Source: Phoronis australis (lineage: Eukaryota; Animalia; Phoronida). Taken from it: a DNA stretch of 64,000 nt. Position 1 is the first letter of the stretch, and every line of letters begins with the position of its first letter. Shown here piece after piece: positions 1-13,180 of this stretch. The notes below the pieces were generated by a model that was not told where the DNA came from, searched no databases, and was given only the letters and a program-made list of their open reading frames with translations. The stretch is taken from assembly GCA_002633005.1 (NCBI GenBank), contig NMRA01000858.1, positions 54,262 through 118,261 on the forward strand, read 5' to 3'. The position numbers were made by a program, and so were the translations under genes.

Positions 1-652
1 CCGAGATCAAAGGGAGCATGGTGCCAGAGTCGGACTTAGTTGCGATGACTGCATTGTCTGGTGAGAACAAGACCCAATTAAGTGTAATTACTTGACCATA
101 AACTGCAGTAAATATCTACGCCTGTATATACTGGCGAATTTTCAAAATGCATTAACCAATTGTTTTTGTTGAAAACAAATACCACAGCTGTATTCAGACG
201 AAAAAACAGCAATGTTTGGATTATTCTTTTAATATACAACTAAGGTACATTAAAACATCTAAATAAACAACACACAGTAATTTTTAAAATATCACTTATA
301 GCCCATTGCATGCCGAATTATTTTACTCCAGGAGTAGTACACTAACCGGAAAACTGATATTTGTGGAAATGCACCGATTTCGATCTTAGCTTGTAGTTGT
401 GAATGAACACCTGTGAAGACAACTAAGACAGCTAGCTCTGTAGTCAACGAGAGAGTGCAAGCGGTGGACGAGGTTGGTCTGTGGGCAAGACCTGTGATTT
501 CATTTTTAAGACTGAGGAAAAGCTAGAATAGTTATGTAGTTACTGCAACCAAAACTGTCCAGAGTTTCCAAATTTTCAGTTTGGCTATCACCATATTTGC
601 ACTTTTGTATATATTTAATGATTTGAGTTCTAATAGAGACTGAACTTGAACN

Positions 653-1230
653 TCACCTTAAAACCACCACTTCCCTGCCGATGCTGGACTTAAGCCAACA
701 ATAGATTCCCAAACAAATTTCCTACAGATTCCAAAAATGTGGTCCAAAAGTACTATCAACCAACTAGATTTTACAAATCTGGCTTGCACGAGGGCTACAT
801 GAAATCACAGCCAATTTCTCAGTTGCTACACAGCAATGCACAACTGCATCAGGGGCCACAATCTTGAAGAAGAGCGCAGCTACAGTCAAGAAAGTGGCCT
901 TTTTTCATTCTCATCATGTTCACAAATACAAACAAAACATATTCAAAAAAATGCTAAATCATCAGTTTTCACCCTAAAACCACCACTTCCCTGCCAATGC
1001 TGGACTTAAGCCAACATTAGATTCTGAAAAAAAATTCCTACCAATTCCAAAAAAGTGGTCCAAAAATACTGTCAACCAACTAGTTTTTTTATAAATCTAG
1101 CTTGTATGAGGGCTACCTCAATTTCTCAGTTGCTACGTAGCAATGCACAATTGCAACAATGCATGGGCCACCATCTTGAAGATTTAGAGTGCAGCTACAG
1201 CCAAGAAAGTGTCCTTTTTTCATTCTCAGC
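653..1230. repeat. Diverged direct duplication of a ~260-bp segment (about 653-915 and 969-1230)
   Basis: Both copies begin tcacc(t/c)taaaaccaccacttccctgcc(g/a)atgctggacttaagccaaca and end ...cagctacag(t/c)caagaaagtg(g/t)cctttttt(t)cattctca. A single n at 652 precedes copy 1, so this may be two alleles assembled in tandem. Confidence 0.75.
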
Positions 1231-1317
1231 ATTTCAAACTGTCATGAATTCTCATGATGATCAAGTGAAAGTGAGTCATATCATGTTTTTTCATTGAACT
1301 CTGGCAAAAGGAAGAGT

Positions 1318-4300
1318 TGTTACATAATAGTTCCTGTGAGTAGTGACCTCAGCATATCAATGTTATTGTTTCAGTGCATCTGGTTGTCTGGTAAACAAGT
1401 CATTTTCCATATATGGCATGCCAGGACGAGATTGTGGAATTCCATTCATAAAAGTTTACTATTTGTGTTGATGTCACAGGAACCCACTCAAATACACCCA
1501 AAACCCACACATATTTTGAGTTGCTATATATACTGTACTTAGAGCCAATAAACTTTGTGTGTTCTTATAGCCTTCAATCGATGTAGTCAGTTTTTATCTC
1601 CATCTAACAAGCAACGAACCGGTTAGACTCCACAGCAGTCTACAACCTCATCAAATACCCCACATTTGTTGGTGCCAAGTGAACCGAGATGGAGAAACTC
1701 ATGAACAAGAGGAGAGCACACCGCGGCAAGATCACTCAAAACCTTGCCGCCCCACGTAATATTCTACAGCAAGAGAATATTACCACGGAAGAACTGGATG
1801 CAGTCAATGCACATATTCAACTCTGCCACGACAAAGTCAAACTACTTGCCAAGCTGGACGACGAGATCGCCGACATGAAATTCTGGTGAAGGCACAGAAC
1901 AGTTCTCACAGGTTTGCCTATCGGAACACACGTCAATGTACTCTTTACTCTNGGATGCAGTCAATGCACATATTCAACTCTGCCACGACAAAGTCAAACT
2001 ACTTGCCAAGCTGGACGACGAGATCGCCAACACCACCCCAACGACAGAAATCGAAGCCTTTTATGAAGAGTCGGCCTAGTACTTCGACAACGTCAGCATG
2101 ACACTGTTGAACCTAAGGCAGCAACGAGACAAGAAGCAAGGTGTCACAACCTCCCTCCCAATGGCAGGAAGTCTACTGACAGGAGCAGCCCATCAAAGCC
2201 CCCCTACACCCCAGGATCCGTGGACACAACAGCGCCTGCAGTCGCAGCCACAAGCACAGCCACGGCCCCCAGCCCACTAGCGACCAAGCGATTCAACCTC
2301 CCCAAACTTCAACTACCAACATTCAGCGGTAATATACTACAATGGCTGACGTTTTAAGATCACTTCAATGCCGCCGTTAACGCCGACACGAGTCTTGCCC
2401 CTGTACAGAAACTGCAATACCTGCGAGCTCAACTTTCTGGAGATGCAGCCAAAGTTATAGAGGGACTACCACTAACTAACGCGAGCTATGATGAAGCCAT
2501 AGACCTCCTAAAAACAAGGTACGGAAGAACAGAATTGCTTGTGAATTCATATATGCAGGCGATTCTGGACTTGAAGCAGCCGAGCAATGATGTTAACAGC
2601 CTCAGAAAGTTCCACGACAGCATTGAAACTTATATTCGAGGACTGAAAACCCTTGGAAAAGCAGCGGACAGCGACATGATCGTCTCAATAATACAGCGAA
2701 AAATTCCGCCTCAAGTCAAGACACAAATGCACCGAGATCACGCTGGTGATTCATGGACCCTCCAACAACTAATGACCGCCCTGTTGAAAGAAATTGACGC
2801 CAACTCTGCTGGAGAGTCATCGCAAAATCATGATGTGAGTACGACTGAACATTTTTCTACCTCAAGTTTCCATGTGAATGCCCGCTTCCGCACATCTGGT
2901 CCCCCAAGGCCACGTCAACCAAGATGTGTTTATTGTAAACAAAGCCATCAAACCCATACCTGTACCGTCATCACAGATGTGAAGAAAAGAATGGAGATTT
3001 TGAAACGCGATCGACTGTGCTTCAATTGTTTGTCCAACAAACACATCAAGAAAGACTGTCAATCTAAGTTTTCATGCCGCACATGTGGACAGAAGCATCA
3101 CACAACAATTTGTCAGACTACTAGTACTACAACTGGAAACGCAACGAGAGAGAATACTCAACCTACGCCACAATCCACGAATACTGTGCCAACAGACCCC
3201 ACCCCCAAGGACACCCATGTCAAGTTAACTCCAACGTCTGGACCAATACTGCTGAAAACTGCGTCCGCCACTATCAAGAACGGCTCAACTCAGATCCAAG
3301 TGAACGTCCTGCTCGACGAGGGTTCACAACGTACTTTTGTGACCCAACAAGCTGCCCAGCGATTGCACATCAATCCAAACAACTGCCCAAGGGAAACGAT
3401 TAACCTGTCAACATTTGGTGATGACAAGTCAACTCCACATCAGAACGCCATAACAACACTGGAACTGGACACACGCCAAGGTACTTGTGAATTTGTCGGC
3501 TATTATTGTGCCGAAAATTTCAACGCCCATCAAGAATTTTGTCCCGACTGTGATGGCTCACCACGATTACCTGAAGTATCTACCTACTGCTTCCCATGTA
3601 ACAGATCCTAACTTCGACATTGATTTACTGATTGGAGCTCATTATTACTGGTCAATTGTCGGAGACACTACACTTAGAGGTCCAGGGCCCACTGCTGTCG
3701 ATTCTAAGCTCGGATATTTATTGTCAGGACCAATAAATACTCCAACTGATACTGCACTGATGGTCAACGCTACCTGCATGCAAGTTACTGTTGATTCACA
3801 CCAAGACGAGAAAATGGCTTCCATTTACTGGGATTTGGAAGCAATTGGAATCAGTGACAACACTGAGGATGAAAAGTTTGACTTAAATGACTACTGCGCT
3901 AACAGTATCACACGAGATGATGATGGAAATATACTGCCCGATTACCCTGGAAAGCTGACCACAACCCCTTGCCCACCAATTACACTGTCACCCAGGCCCG
4001 TACACGATCCATGGTTCGTCGACTTGATGACAACACACGCCAGATTTATCACAGAATCATACAGGAACAACAAGACAGAGATTTTATCGAGCCTGTACCT
4101 GATGACAACACAGTAGGTCATTACAATACCACACCACTCAGTGAAGAAGGACAGTGAAACTACCCCCATTCGAATTGTTTACGATTGCAGCTGTTCCACG
4201 CAACATAACCCAAACCTCAACGACTGTCTGGAAGCAGGAACGCCCCTACTGAATGACCTTGTCTTGATCCTGATACGTTTTCGCACCAAGACAGTCGCAT

Positions 4301-4967
4301 TCACAAGCGATATCGAGAAGGCATTTTTAAACGTCCGGTTACATCAGGCTGACCGCAACTACACGAAATTTCTGTGGCTAACTGATCCAGCGAATCCAGA
4401 AAGTGAATTTCAAGTGTACAGATTCAAGTCCGTCCTATTTGGTTCCCGCTCCAGTCCGTTCATCCTGAACACAGTCATCAAAACACATTTGGACAATTAT
4501 GATGATCCTGTGACCAGCGACATACAACAGAATATTTACGTTGATAATATTTTAAGTGGTGTTACATTAACTAACGACCAAGAAGATTCCTCTCAACAAG
4601 CAGTGAAATACTACACCAAGGCTAATGGTGTTATGCAACAAGCTGGCTTTAATTTGAAGTCATGGGCCACAAATGACCCCATTCTACAAGCCAAAATAAA
4701 TGCAGATGGTAATGGAGATGCCAATCAAAATGTCAACGTCCTAGGGCTGCAATGGAACACAGCTACAGATTACCTAATGTATACACCACAGTCAACTCAA
4801 CCTCATGGTGAAGTGACCAAGCGACAAGTGCTGAAATTGACATCTACCTGTTTGACCCCCTTGGATTTCTGTCCCCAGTTCATGTCAAGGCTAAACTATT
4901 AATCCAACAACTGTGGCAGGAGAAATGGAACTGGGACGACCCACTCTCATCTACACTATATGAGCAA
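1318..4967 (+). mobile_element. BEL/Pao LTR retrotransposon, element 1 (5' LTR, gag-pro-RT-partial RNase H; frameshifted, 3' truncated)
   Basis: Putative LTR TG..CA at ~1318-1664 with AATAAA at ~1547, then PBS TGGTGCC at 1670. Gag starts MEKLMNKRRAHRGKITQ (1689), followed by DUF1759-type LPKLQLPTFSG, Cys/His knuckles (CVYC..H..C, CFNC..H..C, CRTC..HHTTIC), protease LLDEGSQRTF, RT KKDSETTPIRIVYDCS...DIEKAFL...YVDN, and Pao RNase H start (QQLWQEKWNWDDPL). Multiple stops and frameshifts. Confidence 0.92.
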
Positions 4968-6345
4968 TGATGTGGGTTTATATTGCACAAAGATGAAACC
5001 CGAGGTGGTTCGTATGATGTATTAAAAGCTTCTGATGAGATAGTATAAGGATGTTACATATAACATGCAAGTGAACCTACTCGACCAATCAGAATGTGCG
5101 CCAAATATAAAACTAACCAGTGGGGAAGATAACCTTGAACTGAACAAGAGCCGCCAAATATAAAACTAACCAATGGGGAAGATAACCTTGATTTGAACAA
5201 GAGCAGTAAACAACCAAGCTAAACAACCAAGAAAACCTGTCACAAACACATTCCAAAATTCTCCCCGGGGCGCCAAAAATGTTGAACATAATAGTAAATG
5301 GTCGAAACCAGAAATAAATCAGGCAAACAGTAAATATTAAGTCAATACGGAAATAAAACAGCAAACAAATGTGAAACAAGACAGACAATAAGCATAGTAA
5401 ACAAGATATATATGTCACAATCGAGTAAGTTATATAGAGTCCGTATCATGCAGTTTATGCTGACGTTTCCAAAGGGTAAAGTTTCTTAATGGGTCTACTG
5501 GTTAGTCCGTTTTTCGTTTTGAGAACCACAGAACGCACATGTCCATCGTTACCGCGATTGAGTTTTTCCACTTTGCCCATATTCCACATGACACGTGGGG
5601 TATTTTCGTCATGTATAAGAACGATGTCACCACAACTTATGTTCACGGATTGGCAACCAGATTTGATAGTGTGATACTCGCGAAGAGATGCAAGATATTC
5701 GTATTTCCATCGCCGAGTAAAGGCATGTAACAGGTTGGAACGTCGTACGCATCGTTGCTCTACTGCTGACGCCCCAAAATCTGGGTCGTCGATTTCATCA
5801 TCATCCACTGAATTGAATGGTAAACAACTGAGGCGGCGCCCATGCAATAAGTGAGCCGGAGTAAGCGGATTGGGGTCCTGTATGTCACTAGACAGAAATG
5901 TGATCGGTCTGTCGTTAAGAAGACACTCACATTCAACAAGCAGAGTGCGCATCTCCTCAAAGTGAAGTTTCGATCGTCCAAGTATTTTCTTAATCGTCGT
6001 TTTGGTAATGCCTATCAATCTTTCCCAGAAACCACCATACCATGGGGCACGCTGAGGGATGAATTTCCATTGCACGCAGTGGTGAGCCAGGTGATTTTGA
6101 ACATTGTCAGAGCCCATAAGGTGTTGAATATCTGTTACAGATCCCTGGAAGTTCGATCCATTATCAGATAACAAAATGCGAGGCACTGATCGTCTACTGA
6201 CAAAACGCCTAAACGCCTGGAGAAATGAAATTTCTGACATGTCTTGAACTAATTCCAAGTGAATGGCGTGTGTGGTGGCACATGTGAAAAGACAAATGTA
6301 TGCTTTCAAGTCACGTCCATGATGCTGTTTAATTGACAAATGTCC
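4968..6345 (-). mobile_element. BEL/Pao element 2: integrase C-terminal half, PPT and 3' LTR
   Basis: ORF 5455-6345: KAYICLFTCATTHAIHLELV...FRRFVSRR...SDNGSNF...APWYGGFWERLIG...PLTPAHLL...RPIKKLYPLE (Pao integrase plus DUF5641-type tail). Purine tract GGGGAGAA at ~5259-5270 on the minus strand, then an LTR-like block ~4968-5257 ending ...cacatca that contains a ~52-bp tandem duplication. Bounded by the N gap 6346-6654. Confidence 0.9.
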
Positions 6346-6699
6346 NNNNNNNNNNNNNNNNNNNNNNNNNNNNNNNNNNNNNNNNNNNNNNNNNNNNNNN
6401 NNNNNNNNNNNNNNNNNNNNNNNNNNNNNNNNNNNNNNNNNNNNNNNNNNNNNNNNNNNNNNNNNNNNNNNNNNNNNNNNNNNNNNNNNNNNNNNNNNNN
6501 NNNNNNNNNNNNNNNNNNNNNNNNNNNNNNNNNNNNNNNNNNNNNNNNNNNNNNNNNNNNNNNNNNNNNNNNNNNNNNNNNNNNNNNNNNNNNNNNNNNN
6601 NNNNNNNNNNNNNNNNNNNNNNNNNNNNNNNNNNNNNNNNNNNNNNNNNNNNNNTATATAAGAGACAAGTTTTTTTAAAAGCAATTATCAACGTTCAAT

Positions 6700-7145
6700 C
6701 TTAGAAGTGTCTACAAAGAGAATTTCAACTTCAAATACATTCCGATATAGCAGGCAGGTTAAGCAACATCTTGCCACTTGTGACTGGCCTGAAAAGTGGT
6801 CTTGGATTTTTCTCCCCTGCTGGAAATTTAATTGTACCTATGAGTAGCAAATTTCATTTTCTTACCAAACTTACATGACTCTTTATGACCATTAATGTCA
6901 AACTTTGTCACCAATTTTCCAAGTCTGATTTTTTGCCGTTCAAAAAATGCAGTTTTACTGACATGAAAAAATGCAAAATATGACTTCATAGCCAAATAGG
7001 TCATATCTCGGTAACCAAAGTTCATTGAGTGCAAATATTGCAGCAGTGTACTTTGGGCCAGCATCCCAACACATGCACAAAGTATTAGTTCTGTATGAAT
7101 TTTTGAGTATATAGTGATTTTTCATTTTCATATGGTTTTTATATG
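6700..7145. mobile_element. Non-coding DNA-transposon-like fragment interrupting the BEL nest
   Basis: AT-rich sequence unrelated to BEL pol that abruptly truncates the BEL protease frame at ~7145. It resembles terminal regions of non-autonomous DNA elements; family not identified. Confidence 0.35.
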
Positions 7146-10047
7146 GAATCATTCTTAATGGTCTCCACAGGGCATCTGCTGGGATCAATCTGTAGCTTGT
7201 CAGTTGTCTGTTGATTAATGAATGTCCGTTGTGAGCCTTCATCTAGCAGGATGTTGACCTTGGCTTTGTGTTGACCACTGGAGACTGTTGCGACAGCTGT
7301 TTTCAATAAAACAGGTCCAGACGTTGGTGTCAATTTCACATGAGTGGATGGCAGTGTTGGTGCAGCGGTTGCAGGCACAGGTGGGACGGGGGTTTGCACT
7401 GGGGCAGGGACTTCTGGCAGGTTGTAGTTGGGNAGTTGCGAACAGTGAGAAATGTCACCTTGGATTTGATGCCATGCGGATGTGAGATTTGATGGGAGGG
7501 GCTCGTCCCAACCATAATTGTCCATCCAAAGTCGCTGAATGAACAGTTTAGCACGCACTGTAACTGGATTAGCGAGTCCGAGTGGATCAAACAGTTTAGC
7601 AGCGGTACTTACTATGTCACGCTTTGTGATGGGGTGGTCGCTATGTGGCGCTGGATCAAACTGAGATGAAATATTCAGTTGGTCTGTTTGAGTGTTCCAT
7701 TTAACTCCAAGAATTTTCACAGTGGTGGACTTCTCGGCAACATTATTGTCACGGGCAATGTCCATGAGTGCGGTGCTGTTGGAGCTCCACGATCTTAGAT
7801 TAAATCCACCGTCATTCAGAAGTGTGCGGGCCTCTTCCAAAAAGTTGACTGCTGCTTTTTCAGTGGGAGTGCCAGTGATCACGTTGTTAACATAAACATT
7901 GTGGCGTATGGTTTCAGCAGTGTCTGTGGCGAGGACTGTCAGTACTTACAGGAGCGTTGTCTCGGCTGGCTTGTCGGGCAGTGACCTCGTTGTCAAGGGC
8001 TTGCAGTAGTTCTGTGACTGTCCATGGATTGGCACCATGATCACGGCTCAGTTGTGTCATCAGGTTCTGGGGCAGTTTCGTAGTGATGGTGTGGCTTTCT
8101 CTTTCCCAAGGTTGTGGAGTTTCCTCACGTGCGTTTCCATCTGGTCGTGGAAGCGTTGAAGGCTGGCAGTATCTGTACTCTGTGGCGGCTCGGCGTGGAT
8201 GGCATCGTGGAGTTTGCGGAGCAAAACTTCTGGCTTGGCGTATCGTCGTTGGAGAACGATCAGGGCATCTTCGTAGTTGGTGTTTGTCAGTGGAAATCCG
8301 TCTATTACCTTGAGGGCATCTCCCAAAAGGTAGGATCGTAAGTACTGTAGCTTTTGTACAGGTTGCAGGAGGTCATCAGAGTGGATGGCTGCGTTGAATG
8401 AATCCCAGAATGACATCCATTCAAGCACATTTCCGGAGAATTTCTGAAGCTGTATATTCGGTAGTTGAGTTCGTTTCGGCACGGATGGAGTCGTCATAGG
8501 CGGCGTAGTTGTAGTCGTGGAGGCAGCTATTAGGATGGCTGCGTTGAATGAATCCCAGAATGACATCCATTCAAGCACATTTCCGGAGAATTTCTGAAGC
8601 TGTATTTTCGGTAGTTGAGTTCGTTTCGGCACGGATGGAGTCGTCATAGGCGGCGTAGTTGTAGTCGTGGAGGCAGCTATTGGCGTGGCAGTGGGCGTCA
8701 TTGTCGCAGTCGAAGCGGCGGCCGGCATTGGTGCGGCAGGCATGGACGTTGTTGGCATTGTTGTGGCAGGCGTAGAGGTGGCCGGCATTGTTGCGGCAGT
8801 CGTAGTAGTCATGGCAGCAGGAGTTGTGGGGCTGCTGATTATCGGTGTGGCAGTCGCTGGGTCAGTAGACGGTGGTGTGGTTCCTGTAGTCGTGGCAGGG
8901 TCTACGGGCATTGTTGTGGTTGGGCTGGCGGCGGCAGGCGCTGTGGATGGCGGAGTTGGCGTGGTCTTCAGTAGTTCAAACATTCTGGAGATCGCTGAAC
9001 AGGCAGTATGTTTCCATGAAGAAGTTGTCGGTGTCCCCCAGGTAATTGAGTTTTTCGGCGTCGTCTGGCATGAGTTCTAAAAGTTCTTTCTGGTAATCTT
9101 CAACTGTGGATGGCGGAGCTGGCGTTCAAACATATCATCTCGTCGATTCTGGAGATCGCTGAACAGGCAGTATGTTTCCATGAGGAAGTCGTCGGTGTCC
9201 CCCAGGTAATTGAGTTTTTCGGCGTCGTCTGGCATGAGTCCTAAAAGTTCTTTCTAGTAATCTTCATATAGCTTTTGTTGTTGTGCGATTACGCCTAGAC
9301 GGTTGTCTAGCGTTTTTAGGTCCTTGGCTTGGAGCGATTGCATCATGTCGGTGACTTCATCAATGTAGCGTTCTATGTGCTTTCTGGCTTGTTGTTGGCG
9401 TTTCTGGGCGAGATCCATGCTTCGTTGTAGTTAATGGTCATCGCGATCGTCGTGATCGTCTTTGAGACTAGTAGTTCGCAGTTGGCGTTGTGTCGTCGCT
9501 GGGCTGGCAGCAGGCTGGTTGAGTCAAGCTGGTTGGTTCTCGGTTCTTTTCCTCTGTTGGCCACGGCACCAGAAAATGTGGGGAAATTCTGGCTATATAG
9601 TATAGGGGTTCGCCGTGTGAGTTGCCTCGCAGTGTCGGTAGATACAAAGTGGTGATAACTAGACAGTTCAGCAGTGAACCTGTCCAAATAACAAGTCGTG
9701 TCATTGTGCTGAATAAATGGCAACTGATTTTATTCTGCACTCCAAGTCATTTATATACACAATCATTGACAAAATAACTATGACACGTGGGCTAATACTA
9801 AGGAAATGACTAAACTATAATACAAAACAATTCTTATAAATGATTCGATGCACAAGGAAGCTAGACCAAATAAGGCAGATTGTTACGTAACCAATTCCGG
9901 AGTTGAAGGAACTCTGTAGTAAACAAACTGTCTGTGACGTATGGCTGGACATTTGAGCTGAGACACATCTAGTTCCGGTCAGTATGAATCAGCTGATGGG
10001 CGAAGTGTCAAAACAAAAAACATACATTATCACGGAAATCCGTGACA
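7146..10047 (-). mobile_element. BEL/Pao element 3 (5' LTR 9577-10047, PBS, gag, scrambled RT/RNase H and protease pieces)
   Basis: LTR TGTCACGG...CCCCACA (minus). PBS TGGTGCCGTG at 9562-9571 matches the 3' end of tRNA-His. Gag MDLAQKRQQQARKH from 9418, a Thr/Pro/Ala-rich tract, then LPKIQLQKFSGNVLEWMSFWDSF (duplicated). RT/RNase H (HNVYVNNVITG...GFNLRSWSSN...FDPLG) at ~7435-7945; protease VLLKTA...LLDEGSQRTF at ~7150-7432. Confidence 0.9.
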
Positions 10048-10909
10048 GTTGTCGAGCAATTGCAGCTTGGGGCGCTGTACTCTCCGAGTCGGGTGTCTAT
10101 CAGGTCATGTGGTTATCGGGGTTGGTGATAATTTCTTGGCCTTGGCGATAAATCTGGTTGCGTGGAAAATGGTCTTCAGCACAGTGGACATGTAGGCATC
10201 GGTACTGATGATTTCGTCTTCTATGGCATCCTCGCCATCAAGCAGGGTTATTATGCTGTCATTGAGCATTTCTAGCTGAGTTCTCTTGGTGTGTATCTGG
10301 TTTAGAACCATCTCCAGGTTGGCAACAAGGTCCGATGGAGTCGCAGTCATGAATTGGGGGGCACGATCGATAAGCTTCGTCATGAGTCCTCGGTGCGCAC
10401 CGCGTACCGTCTTCTGGTGGGTCAGTTGAGGAGCCGTCGTCGCACAGGTCACTGCACCAAACAATGTAGTACCGGTATAACACAACTGGCAGTAGCAAGA
10501 TGAGGACTGTCTTCATTAGACAAGTGAACGGATTTATATACAAGTTACAAATATGAGGGTTGCATACACTAAACTTCATGATTCTAGATTCTACAGGAAA
10601 TAACAGTAAACAACTCTAAGAACTTTCATAACAATCATCAGAACTATTCTGTTGTGTTTGCCAAAAATGGTAATGGTCAGCTATCTTGAGGCTATGATTC
10701 TGTGAATGACCATTACACAATCTTGTTTACTACAGAGATCATCAAAACATATGTGGACGCGAATGGGTCGGTTGCTGACTCACCTGACAGCCAAAACAAG
10801 TTACTATAAACACAAACAATTTGTTAGCAAAGAAATAATATCAATAATACTGTCAAACTAACATACTAAGTAATATACATGTATCATGAATTTCACGCAT
10901 TTCATGACA
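10048..10909 (-). mobile_element. BEL/Pao element 4 (5' LTR 10465-10909, PBS, start of gag), interrupted by element 3
   Basis: LTR TGTCATGAA...GTACTACA; PBS TGGTGCAGTGACC at ~10447-10459. Gag TVRGAHRGLMTKLID... and ...VQRPKLQLLDN ends exactly at the element-3 LTR (10047/10048). Confidence 0.82.
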
Positions 10910-11626
10910 ATGCCACACCATCCACTGAACATCCAGTGAATGTAGTGATTGTTATGGATAATGTAAGACAAGGCTTCTCAAAGTTGAAACTGCTGTGATT
11001 AAAATGCATTGCTCTTTTATACAAATCCTTTGCTATATTTTCGTGATAAGTGCCCAAGTTGAGACACATTTTGCTGAATGCGGTGTGCACTGTGTCCTCG
11101 TCAATGACTAATTTCACCTTTTTTACAAACTATGTACCATACGATATTTGTAAACCATTGCTTTTGTAGCTGTCTTTGCACAAGTATGACATAGAAACCT
11201 TAGAATCAAGATCCTCGATAAACATTATGAAACCCTTACATCAGTCACTTTGATTATTTTTGTTTGGCTCACCCTAAAATCCAGCAACCAAAATACTAAC
11301 ACCACTTCTTGGCAATCAAACAAGGTAAACAGAAACAGAACTACAAGTTCAGCATGCATGAAACAATGCCAGAATTCTTTAGCTGAGTTTCAGGTGCACT
11401 TTTTTAAACAGCGTGGTTATCATGTCAATTGATCCACAAGGCCTCAAGTCAACGGGGGGCCCATTTGTGGGACCTATGGGTCATATTAGAATTTTCTGTC
11501 ATTTTCGATTCCAATTTTGGGGGAAGCTGCATTTTGACCTCTGGCTGGGTTCCAGCTCGGTATTCTGCTCAGCGATTCATGATTGGTCAATACTGTAAAC
11601 TGCCATTAGGCCTCCAACAGTTCCAC

Positions 11627-13180
11627 TTTTTATGCGTCCACATATTTATATGTGGACGCATTATGCCGTCATCTCCGTCCGTCCGTCCGGGCGGCGTCCG
11701 GCGTCCGCTGCTCTATCTCCAAAACCCTTTGACATACGTTCATGAAATTTGGCACATATGTTCCATTCATGAATGGGACGGCATGTGCGAACTTTCGGAC
11801 GGATCCGACTACCGGTGTGCCCCCTAGTGGCAATTTTAGTTTTTTATGCTTACCTTTGTATCTTCAAAAGTCCTGAACGGATTTTTATGAAATTTGGTAT
11901 GTAGGCACCTATTAGTGAGATGACGCTATCCTCCCGTTTTCGGATGGATTCGACATAGTNNNNNNNNNNNNNNNNNNNNNNNTAGTGAGATGACGCTATC
12001 CTCCCGTTTTCAGATGGATTCGACATAGTTTGCGCCACCTAGTGGCCATTTTTAGTGTTTTCGAGTCTGTTTTTGTGCGTCCACCCCTCTATCAACCAAA
12101 CCGCTCAAAGGATGATTGTGAAAATTGGCATGTATATGCTTACTATGTAGAGGACGGTTAACGATGATTTTCCGACGATTTCGACTACTGTGGCGCCTCC
12201 TAGTGGCATTTTTTGCGCCTATGGCTGTATCTCCTAAACCGTTCGCAGGATCTTTACGAAATTGTTTGAGTGTATTTATATGATGTTAAAAACGGAAGAT
12301 GACGACTTTTGGACGGATCCGAATATCAGTGTGCCCCCTAGTGGCAATTTTATTTGTTTACGTTTACCTCTGTATCTTCACAAGTCCTTAACGGATTTTC
12401 ACGAAATTTGGTATGTAGGCACCTATTAGTGCGATGACGCTATCCTCCTGTTTTCGGATGGATTCGACCTAGTTTGCGACACCCAGTGGCCATTTTTACT
12501 GTTTTTTAGTGTCCACCCATCTATCAACCAAACCGCTATAAGTATGATTGTGAAAATTGGCATGTATGTTCTTACTATGAAGAGGACGATTGACGCTGAA
12601 TTTCCCATGACTTTGATTACTGTGGCGCCTCCTAGTGGCAGTTTTTTTTTTGCGCCCATGGCTTTATCTCCCAAACCGTTTGCAGGATCTTTACTAAATT
12701 TAGCAAGTGTATTTATGTGATGTTGACAACGGACGATGACGACTTTAGGATGATTCTGACTACCGGTATGCCTCTAGTGGCAATTTGAGTATTTTACATT
12801 GACCTCTGTATTTTCATAGGTCTTCAGGTGTATACTTTGTGTTTCTTCGTGACTATGAAGGAAAGGTTCCAAGTAGAAATTTGTGTCTGGCATTCTAATG
12901 CTGTGCTTATCTCGTATGTTGGTAAATTTGTTTTTAATTCTATGTTTCTGTGGTGCTTTAAGCAACTGATGTATAGGATGTGCTTGTATTATGAAGATCA
13001 CTCACATTTTGCCCCTAGCCTATTGAGGAGACAATGACCATCCTTTTCCATTTTGCAAAGTACAACATACTACATATATGCCCTCTACTGGCCACTTTAT
13101 GGTACCAATAAACAACCCTAGAAGGATACCGTATACGGTGCAATTGTGGGCGCATTTCAACGCTCTGCGTTGTTCTTGTT
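11627..13180 (+). mobile_element. Helentron-associated / DINE-1-like non-autonomous element with internal ~140-160-bp tandem repeats
   Basis: T-run, 5' hairpin atgcgtccaca-tatttata-tgtggacgcat, (CCGT)n microsatellite, array of related repeats, 3' subterminal repeat tgtgggcgcat, short stem-loop caacgc-tct-gcgttg, T-rich end. A near-identical copy lies at 21095-22136. Confidence 0.8.

Noticed and set aside
1796-2030. Internal gag duplication as a biological rearrangement
   Set aside because: The duplicate starts immediately after a single n (1952), typical of contig overlap; the same applies to 42022-42524.
6306-6704. ORFs in the ORF track spanning poly-X
   Set aside because: Artefacts of the N gap 6346-6654.
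8060-8983. Host mucin gene, and the antisense ORFs 8615-8974 and 8667-9080
   Set aside because: The T/P/A tract is embedded in BEL gag; the antisense ORFs are by-products of low complexity.
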